DNA of 64,000 bases from Bythopirellula sp. (GCA_965216565.1 OZ244170.1:2912001-2976000), one strand, 5' to 3'. Counted from the first letter of the stretch, positions 40,126 to 50,289 are shown. Program-made: numbers and translations. The notes: generated from the sequence alone by a model not told the origin.

Positions 40126-40947
40126 GTGACAGCATTTTCTCACAGAATCGGTTTCATTGGTGCCGGCCGGATGGCAACCGCGCTGGCGCGGGGCTGCCTG
40201 CAGGCAGGGCTTGTTCCAGCTGAAAATCTCACTGCCGCCGATCCGCTGCCCGTTGCTCTGGAGGCCTTTGCAGGTCAAGTTCCCGGAGCGAGCTCCTCAG
40301 CTTCGAATGCCGAGGTGCTCGACAAATCGGACATCGTCATCCTGGCGGTGAAGCCGCAAATGATGCCCAGCGTACTGGACGATATTAAATCGAACGTCGA
40401 GCAAAAACACATCGTTGTTTCGATTGCTGCAGGGATCACGCTCAAGCAACTAGCCAATGGTCTTTCGTCAGATACTCGCTTAGTGCGCGTGATGCCCAAT
40501 ACACCAAGTTTGGTAGGTCTCGGGGCAAGTTGCTATTGCCGGGGGCAGGCCGCCAGCGCTGACGATGGACATCTGGTGAGCCAGATTCTTGCCAGCGTCG
40601 GCGAATCCTTTGAAGTCGAAGAACCCCTGCTCGATGCGGTAACCGGTCTCTCCGGTTCGGGGCCGGCATTTATCTATCGAGTTATCGAATCTATGGCTGC
40701 CGGTGGCGCTGCCGAAGGTTTAGATGAAAAGCTAGCCCTACGGTTGGCGGCACTCACTGCGCGAGGCGCGGCAGAAATGGTACTCACAACCGGCCAAACA
40801 CCGGCTGAGCTGCGCGAGCAAGTTTCCAGCCCCGGCGGTACAACGCTGGCCGGCCTCGAAGTCTTGGAAGCCAAGCAAGGCCCTCAAGCATTTACCGCTG
40901 CCGTCCAGGCAGCCACCGACCGTTCCAAAGAATTAGCCAAGTCCTAG
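40126..40947 (+). CDS. proC: Pyrroline-5-carboxylate reductase
   Basis: IGFIGAGRM, LAVKPQ, RVMPNTP, TGLSGSGPA, SPGGTT. Confidence 0.97.
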   Translation: MTAFSHRIGFIGAGRMATALARGCLQAGLVPAENLTAADPLPVALEAFAGQVPGASSSASNAEVLDKSDIVILAVKPQMMPSVLDDIKSNVEQKHIVVSIAAGITLKQLANGLSSDTRLVRVMPNTPSLVGLGASCYCRGQAASADDGHLVSQILASVGESFEVEEPLLDAVTGLSGSGPAFIYRVIESMAAGGAAEGLDEKLALRLAALTARGAAEMVLTTGQTPAELREQVSSPGGTTLAGLEVLEAKQGPQAFTAAVQAATDRSKELAKS

Positions 40948-40959
40948 GAAAACACACAC

Positions 40960-41202
40960 ATGTCCATTCTGTGTCGAGTCGACGACAAACTCGTTCCCTT
41001 GTACCGCGTGATGTGGGTGGCGGCGACTCCCCACTTCTGCGGCGAAGAAGATTGCATGCGCGAAGGTTGCTACGAAGTGCGCTTGGAGCAAGGCGAATCG
41101 GTTTGGGCACGAAACGACGAACGAGACGACATTTGCAAACAACTCGAACGCTGGCAAGGTGGGCTTGGACCAACCGAAGATGGCGAACAAGAGGATTGGT
41201 AA
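40960..41202 (+). CDS. Small hypothetical protein (HFCGxxDC motif)
   Basis: 80 aa, AGGA upstream, 12 nt after the proC stop. Confidence 0.65.
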   Translation: MSILCRVDDKLVPLYRVMWVAATPHFCGEEDCMREGCYEVRLEQGESVWARNDERDDICKQLERWQGGLGPTEDGEQEDW

Positions 41203-41209
41203 GGATTTA

Positions 41210-41321
41210 TGAAGTTGGAAGTTTGAATGTTGAAGTTCCAAGTCAACTGAAATAAGTTCCTGACTGCTTGGGGCATTTTCTAAGAAATAATTCAACATTC
41301 AAAATTCAGAATTCAAACTTT
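41210..41321 (+). repeat. Empty copy of the heptamer inverted-repeat element that flanks the four-helix-bundle gene
   Basis: GAAGTTTGAATGTTGAAGT (41218-41236) is identical to the reverse complement of 45416-45434; right arm AATTCAACATTCAAAATTCAGAATTC. Confidence 0.82.
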
Positions 41322-41334
41322 CGAGGCAATAACG

Positions 41335-41877
41335 ATGTCTTCCGACGAATCTGCTAACGACGAGTTGCACTGGCGGGAAACCTATTTCATTATGTTTCCT
41401 AATGATCGCCGTCCGGAACTAAAAGTTGTCGCCACGGCTTTGACCGAGGCAAATCGCCGCTATCGGATTGAAAATCCCGAATCCAATGATGAAGGGCAAT
41501 TCGACTCCCTACTCGTCGAGTCGCGCGAAGACAATGCCGCGGTGGAAATCAGCTACGAAGTCGGTGATGCGGTCATTGAGCAGAACTTGCAGTGGGCCAA
41601 AGAACTGAAAGATCAGCTCACGCCAGATCAATTGCAGCAACTCATCCGATCAGACGCCCGACTCGATGTTGCCCATTTCGAGCGTATGAGTGGCCAAGAA
41701 TCGGACGATGCAGATAAGACCTCAGGCCTCGACAGTGGCACCGTGGAACCATTTATGGAAGATGAGGAACCCTTCGAGATGCTCGACCCCACCTGTCTGC
41801 TGACGGTCGTGGAAACGTTGTGCATGCTTACCGATGGCTTGACACTCGACCCCGCCTCAGGGGAAATTCTCACTTGA
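41335..41877 (+). CDS. Acidic hypothetical protein
   Basis: 180-aa ORF in operon-like arrangement; HWRETYF and DPASG motifs. Confidence 0.65.
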   Translation: MSSDESANDELHWRETYFIMFPNDRRPELKVVATALTEANRRYRIENPESNDEGQFDSLLVESREDNAAVEISYEVGDAVIEQNLQWAKELKDQLTPDQLQQLIRSDARLDVAHFERMSGQESDDADKTSGLDSGTVEPFMEDEEPFEMLDPTCLLTVVETLCMLTDGLTLDPASGEILT

Positions 41878-41913
41878 TGAATCGAGGAAAAACAACCTCG
41901 CCTTGGGCTCTTG

Positions 41914-41943
41914 GCCCCGTGGGGAGAGGCTAGGCGAGGGGGC
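41914..41943. repeat. REP-like GGGGAGAGGCTAGGCGAGGGGG element
   Basis: Family match to 33982-34019 and 18091-18133. Confidence 0.7.
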
Positions 41944-42077
41944 AAATAGAATACGGAAGTTGTTTTTCGTTGATTCCTTACAGAGAGGTAGAAGAGATTC
42001 CCTTCCCGCCTTGCGTTGCTCGCCTCGGCGAGTAACGCAACGCGGCTAATCCGCATTCCGAAATCAGAAATTAATTT

Positions 42078-42641
42078 ATGTTAGCTAAAGAACTGAAGCC
42101 GGGCGGCATCGTCCTGCACAACGACGCCCCGCATATCGTCGAATCGGTCAAAGTCCAATCGCCCTCAGCCCGCGGCGGCTCGACCCTGTATAAATTCCGC
42201 GCTCGCAATCTGGTGACTCGTCAGAAAGCCGACTTCACCTGCAAAGGGACCGACAATTTGCACGAGGCGGATTTTCAGCGTCGCGAAGTCACCCTGATGT
42301 ATGCCGACGCCGAGCAAGTGCATTTTCTCGATTCAACCGATTACAACCAATACTCGGTGGCAGCCGAGGACGTCGCAGAGGAAATGCCGTTCGTCACCGA
42401 AGCGTTAACAGGCATTCTGGCATTGGTTTACAACTCAGAATGCGTGGGCATCCAGGTGCCACCCTCCGTGGAACTGGAGATCACCGAGTGCGATCCCGGC
42501 GTGAAAGGCAACTCGGCGACCTCACGAACCAAGCCCGCAAAATTAGAAACGGGCCTCTCGATTCAAGTGCCCGAGTACCTGAAGCAGGGGGAGAAGATCA
42601 AAGTCGATACGCGTACCAGCGACTTCCTGGGACGGGCGTGA
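42078..42641 (+). CDS. yeiP: Elongation factor P-like protein (EfpL/YeiP type)
   Basis: QSPSARGGSTLYK loop (YeiP-type, not PGKG); KPAKLETGLSIQVPEYL. Confidence 0.88.
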   Translation: MLAKELKPGGIVLHNDAPHIVESVKVQSPSARGGSTLYKFRARNLVTRQKADFTCKGTDNLHEADFQRREVTLMYADAEQVHFLDSTDYNQYSVAAEDVAEEMPFVTEALTGILALVYNSECVGIQVPPSVELEITECDPGVKGNSATSRTKPAKLETGLSIQVPEYLKQGEKIKVDTRTSDFLGRA

Positions 42642-42667
42642 CCGGAGCGATGAGTTTTGGATTAGAA

Positions 42668-42857
42668 AGCCACAGAGAGCACAGAGCACAGAGCAAAGAG
42701 CCAAAAGTAGAGAGCAAGGAACACAGCGCACAGTTGCAATAGTTTGAGAGTAGTGACACGCGGTGCGTTGCGCTTCGCTGCACGCACCCTACAGGACTCT
42801 ATACCCTATGCCCTGTGCTCTCCGCTCTCTGCTCTGTGCTCTAGGCTCTCAGTGGCT
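42668..42857. repeat. Inverted (AGAGCAC)n element with nested GTAG-type REP
   Basis: Arms 42668-42701 and 42824-42857 match 30/34; REP at 42762-42792. Confidence 0.82.
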
Positions 42858-42859
42858 GA

Positions 42860-43225
42860 CTAAAACAGCGACTTCTGCCGCTCGTTAGATTTCTTGGCGC
42901 GTTTCTTCGCCGCAGGTTTCTTTGCCGCCTTCTTCTTAGGAGACTTTTTCGCAGATTTCTTGACCGACTTCTTCGTGGCCTTTTTCTTTGGCGACTTTTT
43001 GGCCGCTTTCTTCTTTGGTTTCTTCGCAGCGGTCTTCTTCTTGGTGCTTTTCGCTGGCTTCTTCTTGGCGGCAGATTTTTTCTTGGTCGCTTTTTTTGCT
43101 GCTTTTTTCGATGGCTTTTTCTTAGCAGCTTTCGTACCCGCCGACTTCTTCGCCTTGCCGCCCGCAAAAACTTTGTCCCAATTGTCTGAAAATTCTTTTG
43201 TCGATCCAACTCGTACTACGCTCAT
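42860..43225 (-). CDS. Histone H1-like Lys/Ala-rich protein
   Basis: Short N-terminal MSVVRVGSTKEFSDNWDKVF, then KKAAKK/KKSPKK repeats. Confidence 0.75.
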   Translation of the reverse strand: MSVVRVGSTKEFSDNWDKVFAGGKAKKSAGTKAAKKKPSKKAAKKATKKKSAAKKKPAKSTKKKTAAKKPKKKAAKKSPKKKATKKSVKKSAKKSPKKKAAKKPAAKKRAKKSNERQKSLF

Positions 43226-43324
43226 ACTCTCATTACTCCCAGCACATTCGGTTTGTGTTTTCGACCCACAAGCACATAACGGTTCGGCAATCATCTCTTT
43301 GTGCTCGTCCTGTCGGTGTGTATT

Positions 43325-45004
43325 TTAGTTTTGTTGTAGTTTTTTATACCGGAAACGCTGCGGCTCGTCAGCATCCACACCCAAACGTTCGCGACGCTCG
43401 CGCTCGTAGGTCTCAAAGTTGCCGTCGCACCAATGGACGTAGCCATCGCCTTCAAACGCTAAGATGTGCGTTGCCAGGCGATCGAGGAACCAGCGATCAT
43501 GGCTCACCACTACCGCACAGCCAGCGAAATTAGCCACGGCTTCTTCCAGCGCTCGTAGCGTGTCGACATCCAAATCATTCGTCGGCTCATCGAGGAGCAG
43601 TACGTTGGAACCGCGCCGCAAAAGCTTCGCCAAATGCACGCGGTTCCGTTCGCCACCAGACAGCACGCCAACCTTTTTCTGCTGATCGGGACCCGTGAAA
43701 TTGAATCGTGAGACATACGCCCGCGAGTTCATCTTGCGGCCTCCCATTTCCAAGGTATCGTGTCCGCCGGAAATCTCGTCGTACACCGTATTGTCGGCCT
43801 GTAGATCGTCTCGTGACTGATCGACATAGCCCAATTCGACAGTGGGGCCCACCTTCAGCGCTCCCGAGTCGGGCTCCTCCTGCCCCATGAGCATCCGCAA
43901 GAGTGTCGTCTTGCCGGCACCGTTGGGGCCGATGATGCCGACAATGCCTCCCGGCGGCAGACGAAAATCGACGTTCTCGAAGATCAGCCGATCGCCATAA
44001 CTCTTCGTCAGCTTTTCAGACTCGATCACCATATCGCCCAGACGCGGGCCGGGAGGAATTTGAATTTCCAACTCGTCAGGTCGATCCTCAAACTGCTCGG
44101 CAGCCATTTGCTCGTACGCTTTCACGCGGGCCTTGCTCTTGGCCTGACGGGCCTTAGGGGCCATCTTGACCCATTCGAGCTCGCGCTTGAGCGTCCGCTG
44201 GCGGGCCGTTTCCTTTCGCTCTTCCATCGCCAGACGCTTCTGTTTTTGCTCGAGCCACGAGGTGTAATTGCCCTCGTAGGGATGCCCTTCGCCGCGATCG
44301 AGTTCCAGGATCCAACCCGCCACGTTATCGAGAAAATAGCGATCATGCGTCACCGCGACAATCGTGCCGGCGTACTCCGCCAGATGACGTTCGAGCCAAG
44401 CAACACTCTCGGCATCGAGATGGTTCGTCGGTTCGTCGAGGAGCAGCAAGTCGGGCTTCTCTAGCAAGAGCTTGCACAGCGCCACACGACGACGCTCACC
44501 ACCGGAAAGCTTGGTGACATCCGCGTCACCGGGCGGCAAGTTCATCGCACTCATGGCGATTTCCACTTGGCGATCTATTTCCCAGGCATTGGTGGCGTCG
44601 ATCTTATCTTGCAATGCCGCCTGCCGATTCATCAGCTTTTCCATCGCATCGGGATCATCGGCCACCTCGGCATACTTGTCGCCGATCTCCTCAAATTCCT
44701 TGAGCAGCGCTCGCGTATCGGCTACCGCTTCTTCGACGTTGCCTTGCACGTCTTTCTCGGTGTTGAGATTCGGCTCTTGTTCGAGCAACCCCACGGTAAA
44801 GCCTTCGGTGAGCTTGGCTTCACCATCAAAGTCCTTATCGACGCCGGCCATAATCCGCAACAGCGTACTCTTCCCCGAGCCATTCCGCCCCAGCACGCCA
44901 ATCTTGGCCCCCGGATAAAACGCCAGAAAGATGTCCTTTAAAACCTCACGCTGCCCGATCTTCTTGGTGAGGTTGCTGATTTGATAAATGTATTGTTGAC
45001 CCAT
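43325..45004 (-). CDS. ettA: Energy-dependent translational throttle ABC-F protein
   Basis: [18 protein letters not shown], two ABC domains, [10 protein letters not shown] linker; ATG at 45004. Confidence 0.96.
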   Translation of the reverse strand: MGQQYIYQISNLTKKIGQREVLKDIFLAFYPGAKIGVLGRNGSGKSTLLRIMAGVDKDFDGEAKLTEGFTVGLLEQEPNLNTEKDVQGNVEEAVADTRALLKEFEEIGDKYAEVADDPDAMEKLMNRQAALQDKIDATNAWEIDRQVEIAMSAMNLPPGDADVTKLSGGERRRVALCKLLLEKPDLLLLDEPTNHLDAESVAWLERHLAEYAGTIVAVTHDRYFLDNVAGWILELDRGEGHPYEGNYTSWLEQKQKRLAMEERKETARQRTLKRELEWVKMAPKARQAKSKARVKAYEQMAAEQFEDRPDELEIQIPPGPRLGDMVIESEKLTKSYGDRLIFENVDFRLPPGGIVGIIGPNGAGKTTLLRMLMGQEEPDSGALKVGPTVELGYVDQSRDDLQADNTVYDEISGGHDTLEMGGRKMNSRAYVSRFNFTGPDQQKKVGVLSGGERNRVHLAKLLRRGSNVLLLDEPTNDLDVDTLRALEEAVANFAGCAVVVSHDRWFLDRLATHILAFEGDGYVHWCDGNFETYERERRERLGVDADEPQRFRYKKLQQN

Positions 45005-45019
45005 AGTGGAATTCTGATT

Positions 45020-45437
45020 TTTGAAGGTTGAATGTTGAAGTAATCGATTGCTACAGTTTCTCTTGTGCCGTCTTAACACTTGCAGTAAGTATGGCAACAA
45101 GCTCGTTGCACTCAGTCATGATATCTGAAAGTAGTTCAGGTTTCACTGTTTCTGATTCTGACAGCAGTTCAAGCCAGTAGAGTGTTTCGTTGGCTTCGCG
45201 TGACGCAATCGACAGAATGGAAGCGAAGTGTTTTTTGCTTGATGCCTTTGCTGCCTCGCGATAGTTGGCGCCGATTGAAGTCCCTGAACGCAATAGCTGC
45301 TTGCCGAGCACCCACGCAACTTGGTTATTAGGAAGTGAATTTACCAAACGAATAATCCGCAAAGCAAATTCCTTAGTTCGTTTTTGCAAATCTCTCGCAG
45401 GCATAGTTCCAGAACACTTCAACATTCAAACTTCAAA
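45020..45437. repeat. Inverted heptamer-repeat arms flanking the four-helix-bundle gene
   Basis: 45020-45041 vs 45416-45437 match 21/22 as inverted repeats. Confidence 0.85.
45051..45404 (-). CDS. Four-helix-bundle protein (23S rRNA intervening-sequence protein family)
   Basis: [37 protein letters not shown] at 45404. Confidence 0.92.
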   Translation of the reverse strand: MPARDLQKRTKEFALRIIRLVNSLPNNQVAWVLGKQLLRSGTSIGANYREAAKASSKKHFASILSIASREANETLYWLELLSESETVKPELLSDIMTECNELVAILTASVKTAQEKL

Positions 45438-45451
45438 GTTCCCACTTCTAT

Positions 45452-47035
45452 TTATTCCCACTCAATAGTCGCCGGTGGCTTCGAGCTGATGTCGTATACC
45501 ACGCGGTTGACGCCCGCGACTTCGTTGATGATGCGTGTTGATATGGTCGCCAGTAATTCGTATGGCAGGTGGCTCCAGTCGGCGGTCATGAAATCGTCGG
45601 TGTTCACGCACCGCACAGCCAAGGCGTCGTCGTAGGTGCGGCTGTCGCCCATCACGCCGACGCTTTGCACGGGTAATAGCACCGCAAACGCTTGCGAGGT
45701 CGCCCGATACAGGTCCGCCGCTTTGATTTCGCCGACGACAATCGCATCGGCTGCCCGTAAGGTTTCAAGTCGGCTTTTGGTGACTTCGCCCAAGCAACGC
45801 ACTGCCAGCCCCGGGCCGGGAAACGGATGCCGCCAGACGATGTCCTCGGGCAGGCCCAGTTGCAAACCGAGCCGACGGACTTCGTCTTTGAACAAATCTC
45901 GCAGCGGTTCAATCAACTCGAAGCCCAACTCTTCCGGCAAGCCACCGACGTTGTGGTGCAACTTAATCGTGTCGGCAGGCCCGTCGGGGGCGGCACCACT
46001 TTCGATCACGTCGGGATACAGTGTTCCTTGGGCCAGATATTTGGCCCCCTCGATCTTGTCCGCCTCCTCCTTGAAACACTCGATGAACGTATGCCCAATC
46101 CGACGACGCTTTTCCTGAGGATCCGTCACTCCAGCCAGTTCGTTGAGAAAACGATCTTCGGCCTTCACCACATGAAGATCGGTTTGAAAATGGTCGGAAA
46201 ATTCTTTGATGACCGACGCTTCCTCGTCCTGCCTCAGTAAACCATTGTCGACCAGAATACAGGAAAGTTGAGGGCCAATCGCTTCGGCCAACAGTGCCGC
46301 GACGACGGAGGAATCGACGCCTCCAGACAATCCGCAGATCACGCGATCGGTTCCCACCTGCTCGCGAATGGCGGCAATGGTTTCTTCGGCAAAGTCACCG
46401 AGCTTCCAGGTCCCCGTGGCCCCACAGAGCTTACGCAAGAAATTCCCTAGCAGTTGGCTGCCTTGCGGCGTGTGTGTCACCTCAGGATGAAATTGCAAGC
46501 CATAAATCGGAAGGCTCTTGTGCTTGACCGCGGCGTAGGGACAGGTATCGGTACTAGCCAGCGTTACGAATTCCTCGGCGATGCTGTCGACCTGATCGCC
46601 GTGGCTCATCCACACTTGCGTTTCGGCATCAAGATCTGCAAATAAATCGTCCGGCTGCGATATCTTGCATTGGGCTCGCCCGTATTCCCGACTGGGAACA
46701 TTATTCACCTTGCCACCAAGTGCCTGGCAGGCAAGCTGCATGCCGTAGCAGATGCCCAAGACCGGAATGCCCAACTGAAACAACTCGGCGTCGCACTGCG
46801 GGGCACCGTCGGCATACACACTGTTTGGTCCACCAGAAAGAATAATGCCCAGCGGTGCGAGTTCCCGCAGCCGGTCGGCTGTGATGTCGTGCCGGACGAT
46901 TTCGCAGTAGACGTTTTGCTCGCGAACTCGGCGGGCAATCAGTTGGGCATACTGCGAGCCGAAATCAAGCACCAATACACGCTCGGCAGCGGTGCCACGA
47001 ACCGGGGCAGTGGTAGCAGAAGCCGTCATGGTCAT
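45452..47035 (-). CDS. guaA: GMP synthase (glutamine-hydrolysing)
   Basis: [34 protein letters not shown]. Confidence 0.98.
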   Translation of the reverse strand: MTMTASATTAPVRGTAAERVLVLDFGSQYAQLIARRVREQNVYCEIVRHDITADRLRELAPLGIILSGGPNSVYADGAPQCDAELFQLGIPVLGICYGMQLACQALGGKVNNVPSREYGRAQCKISQPDDLFADLDAETQVWMSHGDQVDSIAEEFVTLASTDTCPYAAVKHKSLPIYGLQFHPEVTHTPQGSQLLGNFLRKLCGATGTWKLGDFAEETIAAIREQVGTDRVICGLSGGVDSSVVAALLAEAIGPQLSCILVDNGLLRQDEEASVIKEFSDHFQTDLHVVKAEDRFLNELAGVTDPQEKRRRIGHTFIECFKEEADKIEGAKYLAQGTLYPDVIESGAAPDGPADTIKLHHNVGGLPEELGFELIEPLRDLFKDEVRRLGLQLGLPEDIVWRHPFPGPGLAVRCLGEVTKSRLETLRAADAIVVGEIKAADLYRATSQAFAVLLPVQSVGVMGDSRTYDDALAVRCVNTDDFMTADWSHLPYELLATISTRIINEVAGVNRVVYDISSKPPATIEWE

Positions 47036-47204
47036 CGAGACGCTCCAGGGGAGTCGAAGTCGGGCGACCTTACGACGCAGCTCGCCCGAACGCGGTGGGA
47101 AACCCAGCATTATAAGAGGGGCTGGGAGATAGGGGCTAGGGGCTAGTGCGGAATGTCTAGTGGCTCACGAGCCGGGTGGGGAAACGCCGTCCGCGTCCCT
47201 CCAC

Positions 47205-47233
47205 CTGTTATTCCGAGGTCTGCCGAGGAATCT
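47205..47233 (+). repeat. REP-like CTGT(C/T)ATTCCGAGG element, copy 3
   Basis: CTGTTATTCCGAGGTCTGCCGAGGAATCT. Confidence 0.8.
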
Positions 47234-47460
47234 GGTTGGAACTAGAGCCTCCGTAGATCGATTCATCGCTTCGCTTAGATCGAAAACATTCACCAACTAG
47301 CAGTGTTTCGAAACTACTCGGCTTTCACTGGCTCGGATGCACTTTTCGCCACATTCATGTTGCCCAAACGCCACAGCAAGTTGCTCGTCTGCCCCTGGTA
47401 GGATTATATTGATTGTATCGAGAAGCCACCGCAACCTACTGATATAAGGAGATTTACGTC

Positions 47461-48237
47461 TTGCAGATTCTGCTCACCAACGACGACGGCATCTATGCAC
47501 CGGGTCTGGCGGCGATGGAACGCCAGTTGCTTCAACTAGGAGATGTGACCGTGGCTGCTCCGCTCACTGAGCAGAGTGGCGTGGGGCACTCGATCACTTA
47601 CCTGACGCCTTTGATGGCAAGGGAAGTGTTCGATGACCAAGGCCGCCGACGCGGCTGGGCCGTGGAAGGCAGTCCCGCCGACTGTGTGAAACTGGCCATC
47701 GCAGAATTATGTCCCGAGCGACCCGATTTGGTTGTGAGCGGAATCAATAGCGGACAGAACGCCGGTATCAACGTGCTGTACTCCGGCACGGTAGCGGCAG
47801 CGATTGAAGGCGCGTTTTTCGGCATCACCTCCGTTGCCGTGTCGCTGGAGTTCGACGACGAAGGTCGCTACGACAAGGCAGCCGAACAAGCCGCGGCAAT
47901 TATCCGACAAATTTTGGATCAGAAAGACGCAGAACCACAGCTATACAACTTAAACATCCCACAAGCTGCACTGGGACAACCGGCAGAAGTACGCGTAGTA
48001 CCCGCCGCCACAGAGCCTTGGGGAGAAGACTTCGAGAAACGACGCGACCCCCGAGGTCGAACTTATTACTGGGCCACCGGCCTGCAACCCGACCCGCCCA
48101 GCCACGAAGAAACCGATTTACAAGCATTGCGCGAAGGACACATCACACTTTCGCCTTTGAAGTTCGACATCAACCGACGCGAAAAACTAGCCGACATGCA
48201 GTCGTGGCAACTAGGCCATTTGGAGCAAACACGATGA
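47461..48237 (+). CDS. surE: 5'/3'-nucleotidase SurE
   Basis: ILLTNDDG, EQSG, GSPADCV, VSGINSG, YSGTVAAA. Confidence 0.96.
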   Translation: MQILLTNDDGIYAPGLAAMERQLLQLGDVTVAAPLTEQSGVGHSITYLTPLMAREVFDDQGRRRGWAVEGSPADCVKLAIAELCPERPDLVVSGINSGQNAGINVLYSGTVAAAIEGAFFGITSVAVSLEFDDEGRYDKAAEQAAAIIRQILDQKDAEPQLYNLNIPQAALGQPAEVRVVPAATEPWGEDFEKRRDPRGRTYYWATGLQPDPPSHEETDLQALREGHITLSPLKFDINRREKLADMQSWQLGHLEQTR

Positions 48238-48824
48238 AGACTTTAGCCTCACTTTCAACGATACTCTGCTTGAGTTTTACCTTCGGCTGCGATGTTCCCG
48301 AAATGGAAGTGGGAGAGCCTAGCCCCACGCCGCCAGCCAGTGCCTCTCAGGACGATGGCAAGCTGTTTGGCAAGGCCGATTGGTATCTGCCCGATGGCCG
48401 CGTCGATATGTCGGGCGTGGCTGGCGAACCACCGATGACCACCGGCACGCCGCGCGAGATAACTTGGAAGGACCCCAAGCAAGGCAAGCTCACACGCCGC
48501 GATGGAGGGGTTCTCGGCAAAGGCGCTTTGAACGCACTCCCCAAAGCGAAGAATCAAGTCACGTTCGACATGATTAAATACAACATGAATATTTACAACG
48601 CGGACAAAGGATATTACCCGCGTTCCCATAAAGAATTTATGGAAGATTACCTGCCCAACTACTATCCCGCCGCTTTGCCGCTTCCCACACTCGAACCGGG
48701 GGATGCGTATTTGTACGACCCTGATGATCACTTGCTCAAGATTTTTCGCCCGGGCGACCCCGGTGCGCCGCAGGTGGAAGGCGTCGTGGCATACGAAAAG
48801 GAAGCAGAATCTGCGGAAGAATAG
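48234..48824 (+). CDS. Putative lipoprotein
   Basis: ATG overlapping the surE stop; MKTLASLSTILCLSFTFGC lipobox-like. Confidence 0.65.
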   Translation: MKTLASLSTILCLSFTFGCDVPEMEVGEPSPTPPASASQDDGKLFGKADWYLPDGRVDMSGVAGEPPMTTGTPREITWKDPKQGKLTRRDGGVLGKGALNALPKAKNQVTFDMIKYNMNIYNADKGYYPRSHKEFMEDYLPNYYPAALPLPTLEPGDAYLYDPDDHLLKIFRPGDPGAPQVEGVVAYEKEAESAEE

Positions 48825-48926
48825 CGAACATAACTGGAAGCTAACACACTGGCGATGCGGTAGCATCGCGGGTACCTACTCATCTACTCACCTCCTCCTC
48901 CCTCCACTCTTATCCCACCAAATATT

Positions 48927-49622
48927 ATGAAGAATCCTTTCCCCGCCTATGTGTGGCGGCTGCTGTTTGCGGCTGCTTTGATTACAGTCCTACTGTTCAA
49001 TCAGGCCAAGGCTTGCGATTGTCATCAGGTGCTGGCCTATGCCGCTCCTTTGCCGGCACCGCAGGTCGATAGCTGGCTCTTCGCACCGAGCCGTTACACC
49101 CACGATCCCGACTCGGGAGTACGCGTCGCTCAGTATCAAGAGAAAACCCCCGTCGAGCCGCTGCCCGACCAGCGCGCCATCAGTAGTGGCTACGCTCGCA
49201 AGCGAACTGTGCTGCGTGGACCCGATGGCAATATCAGCACGTACTACCAGGTGCAGAACTACGGCAACGGACGCGGTGGGATGGATGCTGAGTGGGAACG
49301 TTTCCACGATGCGTGGCGTGGTTCGACCATCGCCGGCGGCCAGTTCGGCGTGTTCCCTGGCTACGGATATGGCGGTGGCTTTGGCGGATTCCCCGGTTAC
49401 GGCTACCCCGGTGGCGGGTATGGCCCCGGCTATGGCAACGGCTTTCTTCCCGATCGACGATTTGGCCAACCGGGAGTGCCCGACCCGCGGCTGCTGGATC
49501 CCGATGGCGCCGACGGCTTCCGAGACCAGCGCCAACGCACGCCCGATCGACGCTTCTTCGGACCCAACTACGAACTACCCGGCGAACGCGATCGTCGCCG
49601 AGATCGTGACCGCGACAAATAG
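48927..49622 (+). CDS. Secreted hypothetical protein with Gly/Tyr-rich low-complexity segment
   Basis: Signal peptide; PGYGYGGGFGGFPGYGYPGGGYGPGYG; RD-rich tail. Confidence 0.6.
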   Translation: MKNPFPAYVWRLLFAAALITVLLFNQAKACDCHQVLAYAAPLPAPQVDSWLFAPSRYTHDPDSGVRVAQYQEKTPVEPLPDQRAISSGYARKRTVLRGPDGNISTYYQVQNYGNGRGGMDAEWERFHDAWRGSTIAGGQFGVFPGYGYGGGFGGFPGYGYPGGGYGPGYGNGFLPDRRFGQPGVPDPRLLDPDGADGFRDQRQRTPDRRFFGPNYELPGERDRRRDRDRDK

Positions 49623-49688
49623 GCCACCGCTCTGCGGTGGGATATTTCCATCACCAAACTGCAATCTATCCTCCGGCGGAGCCGGGGG

Positions 49689-50264
49689 CTATTTGGCCGG
49701 AATTGGGCGATTGCCGCGCATACTGCCGACGGCGTTGATCGGCTTGCCTTTCCAAAATGGCTGGTAGTCTTCCAAGAGCCATCGGTCCCCGCTCTTCGTC
49801 CAGTAGAGTTTCACGACGTCGAAATAAAAGATCCGCGAGCCGCTCTGCTTGTGGACGCCGTCCAACTTGCCTTGGAACCGAGCCTCGGCAGAATCGGGTT
49901 CCGCGCCGCCGTTCATTTCTATTTCTAGCGAAGTGAATCCCGTATCCGTCACATTCGCTGCGGGCATCATCACCTCGATATCGCTCCGCACCTGATTCGC
50001 TGCGGGATCGACCAGTGCGAGCACTCCCGATAAGTCGTTCTGTTCAATTGCCAACATGATCTCGGCAACCGCCTGTTCCACCTGCTCGCGATCGGTTACC
50101 ACCAACCGTTCCAAAACCACGAGTGCCAGCACCCCCAGGCACGCGACAACCAATGCCACCAGCGACACCAGACTGCGCCTATTCAGAAACACCAACCCAC
50201 ACAGCGTAATCAACACTGCACCAACGGCGTAAATGGGGATTGGGTTTTCGAAAAACGAAGACAT
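49689..50264 (-). CDS. Membrane protein with NTF2/SnoaL-like C-terminal domain
   Basis: Two TM helices, VTDREQVE, terminal W.K.GDRW strand. Confidence 0.6.
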   Translation of the reverse strand: MSSFFENPIPIYAVGAVLITLCGLVFLNRRSLVSLVALVVACLGVLALVVLERLVVTDREQVEQAVAEIMLAIEQNDLSGVLALVDPAANQVRSDIEVMMPAANVTDTGFTSLEIEMNGGAEPDSAEARFQGKLDGVHKQSGSRIFYFDVVKLYWTKSGDRWLLEDYQPFWKGKPINAVGSMRGNRPIPAK

Positions 50265-50289
50265 AGAGAAATATCCAGCCGCAGTTTTA

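Noticed and set aside
42894..43328. Phe/Ala-rich plus-strand ORF resembling a membrane protein
   Set aside because: It is the antisense shadow of the Lys/Ala-rich histone-like gene.
45051..45404. Diversity-generating retroelement (Avd-like gene)
   Set aside because: No reverse transcriptase or template/variable repeat pair is visible in the window.
45005..45470. Prophage or island integrated at the guaA 3' end
   Set aside because: No integrase and no duplicated guaA 3' end was seen; only a ~450-bp cassette is present.
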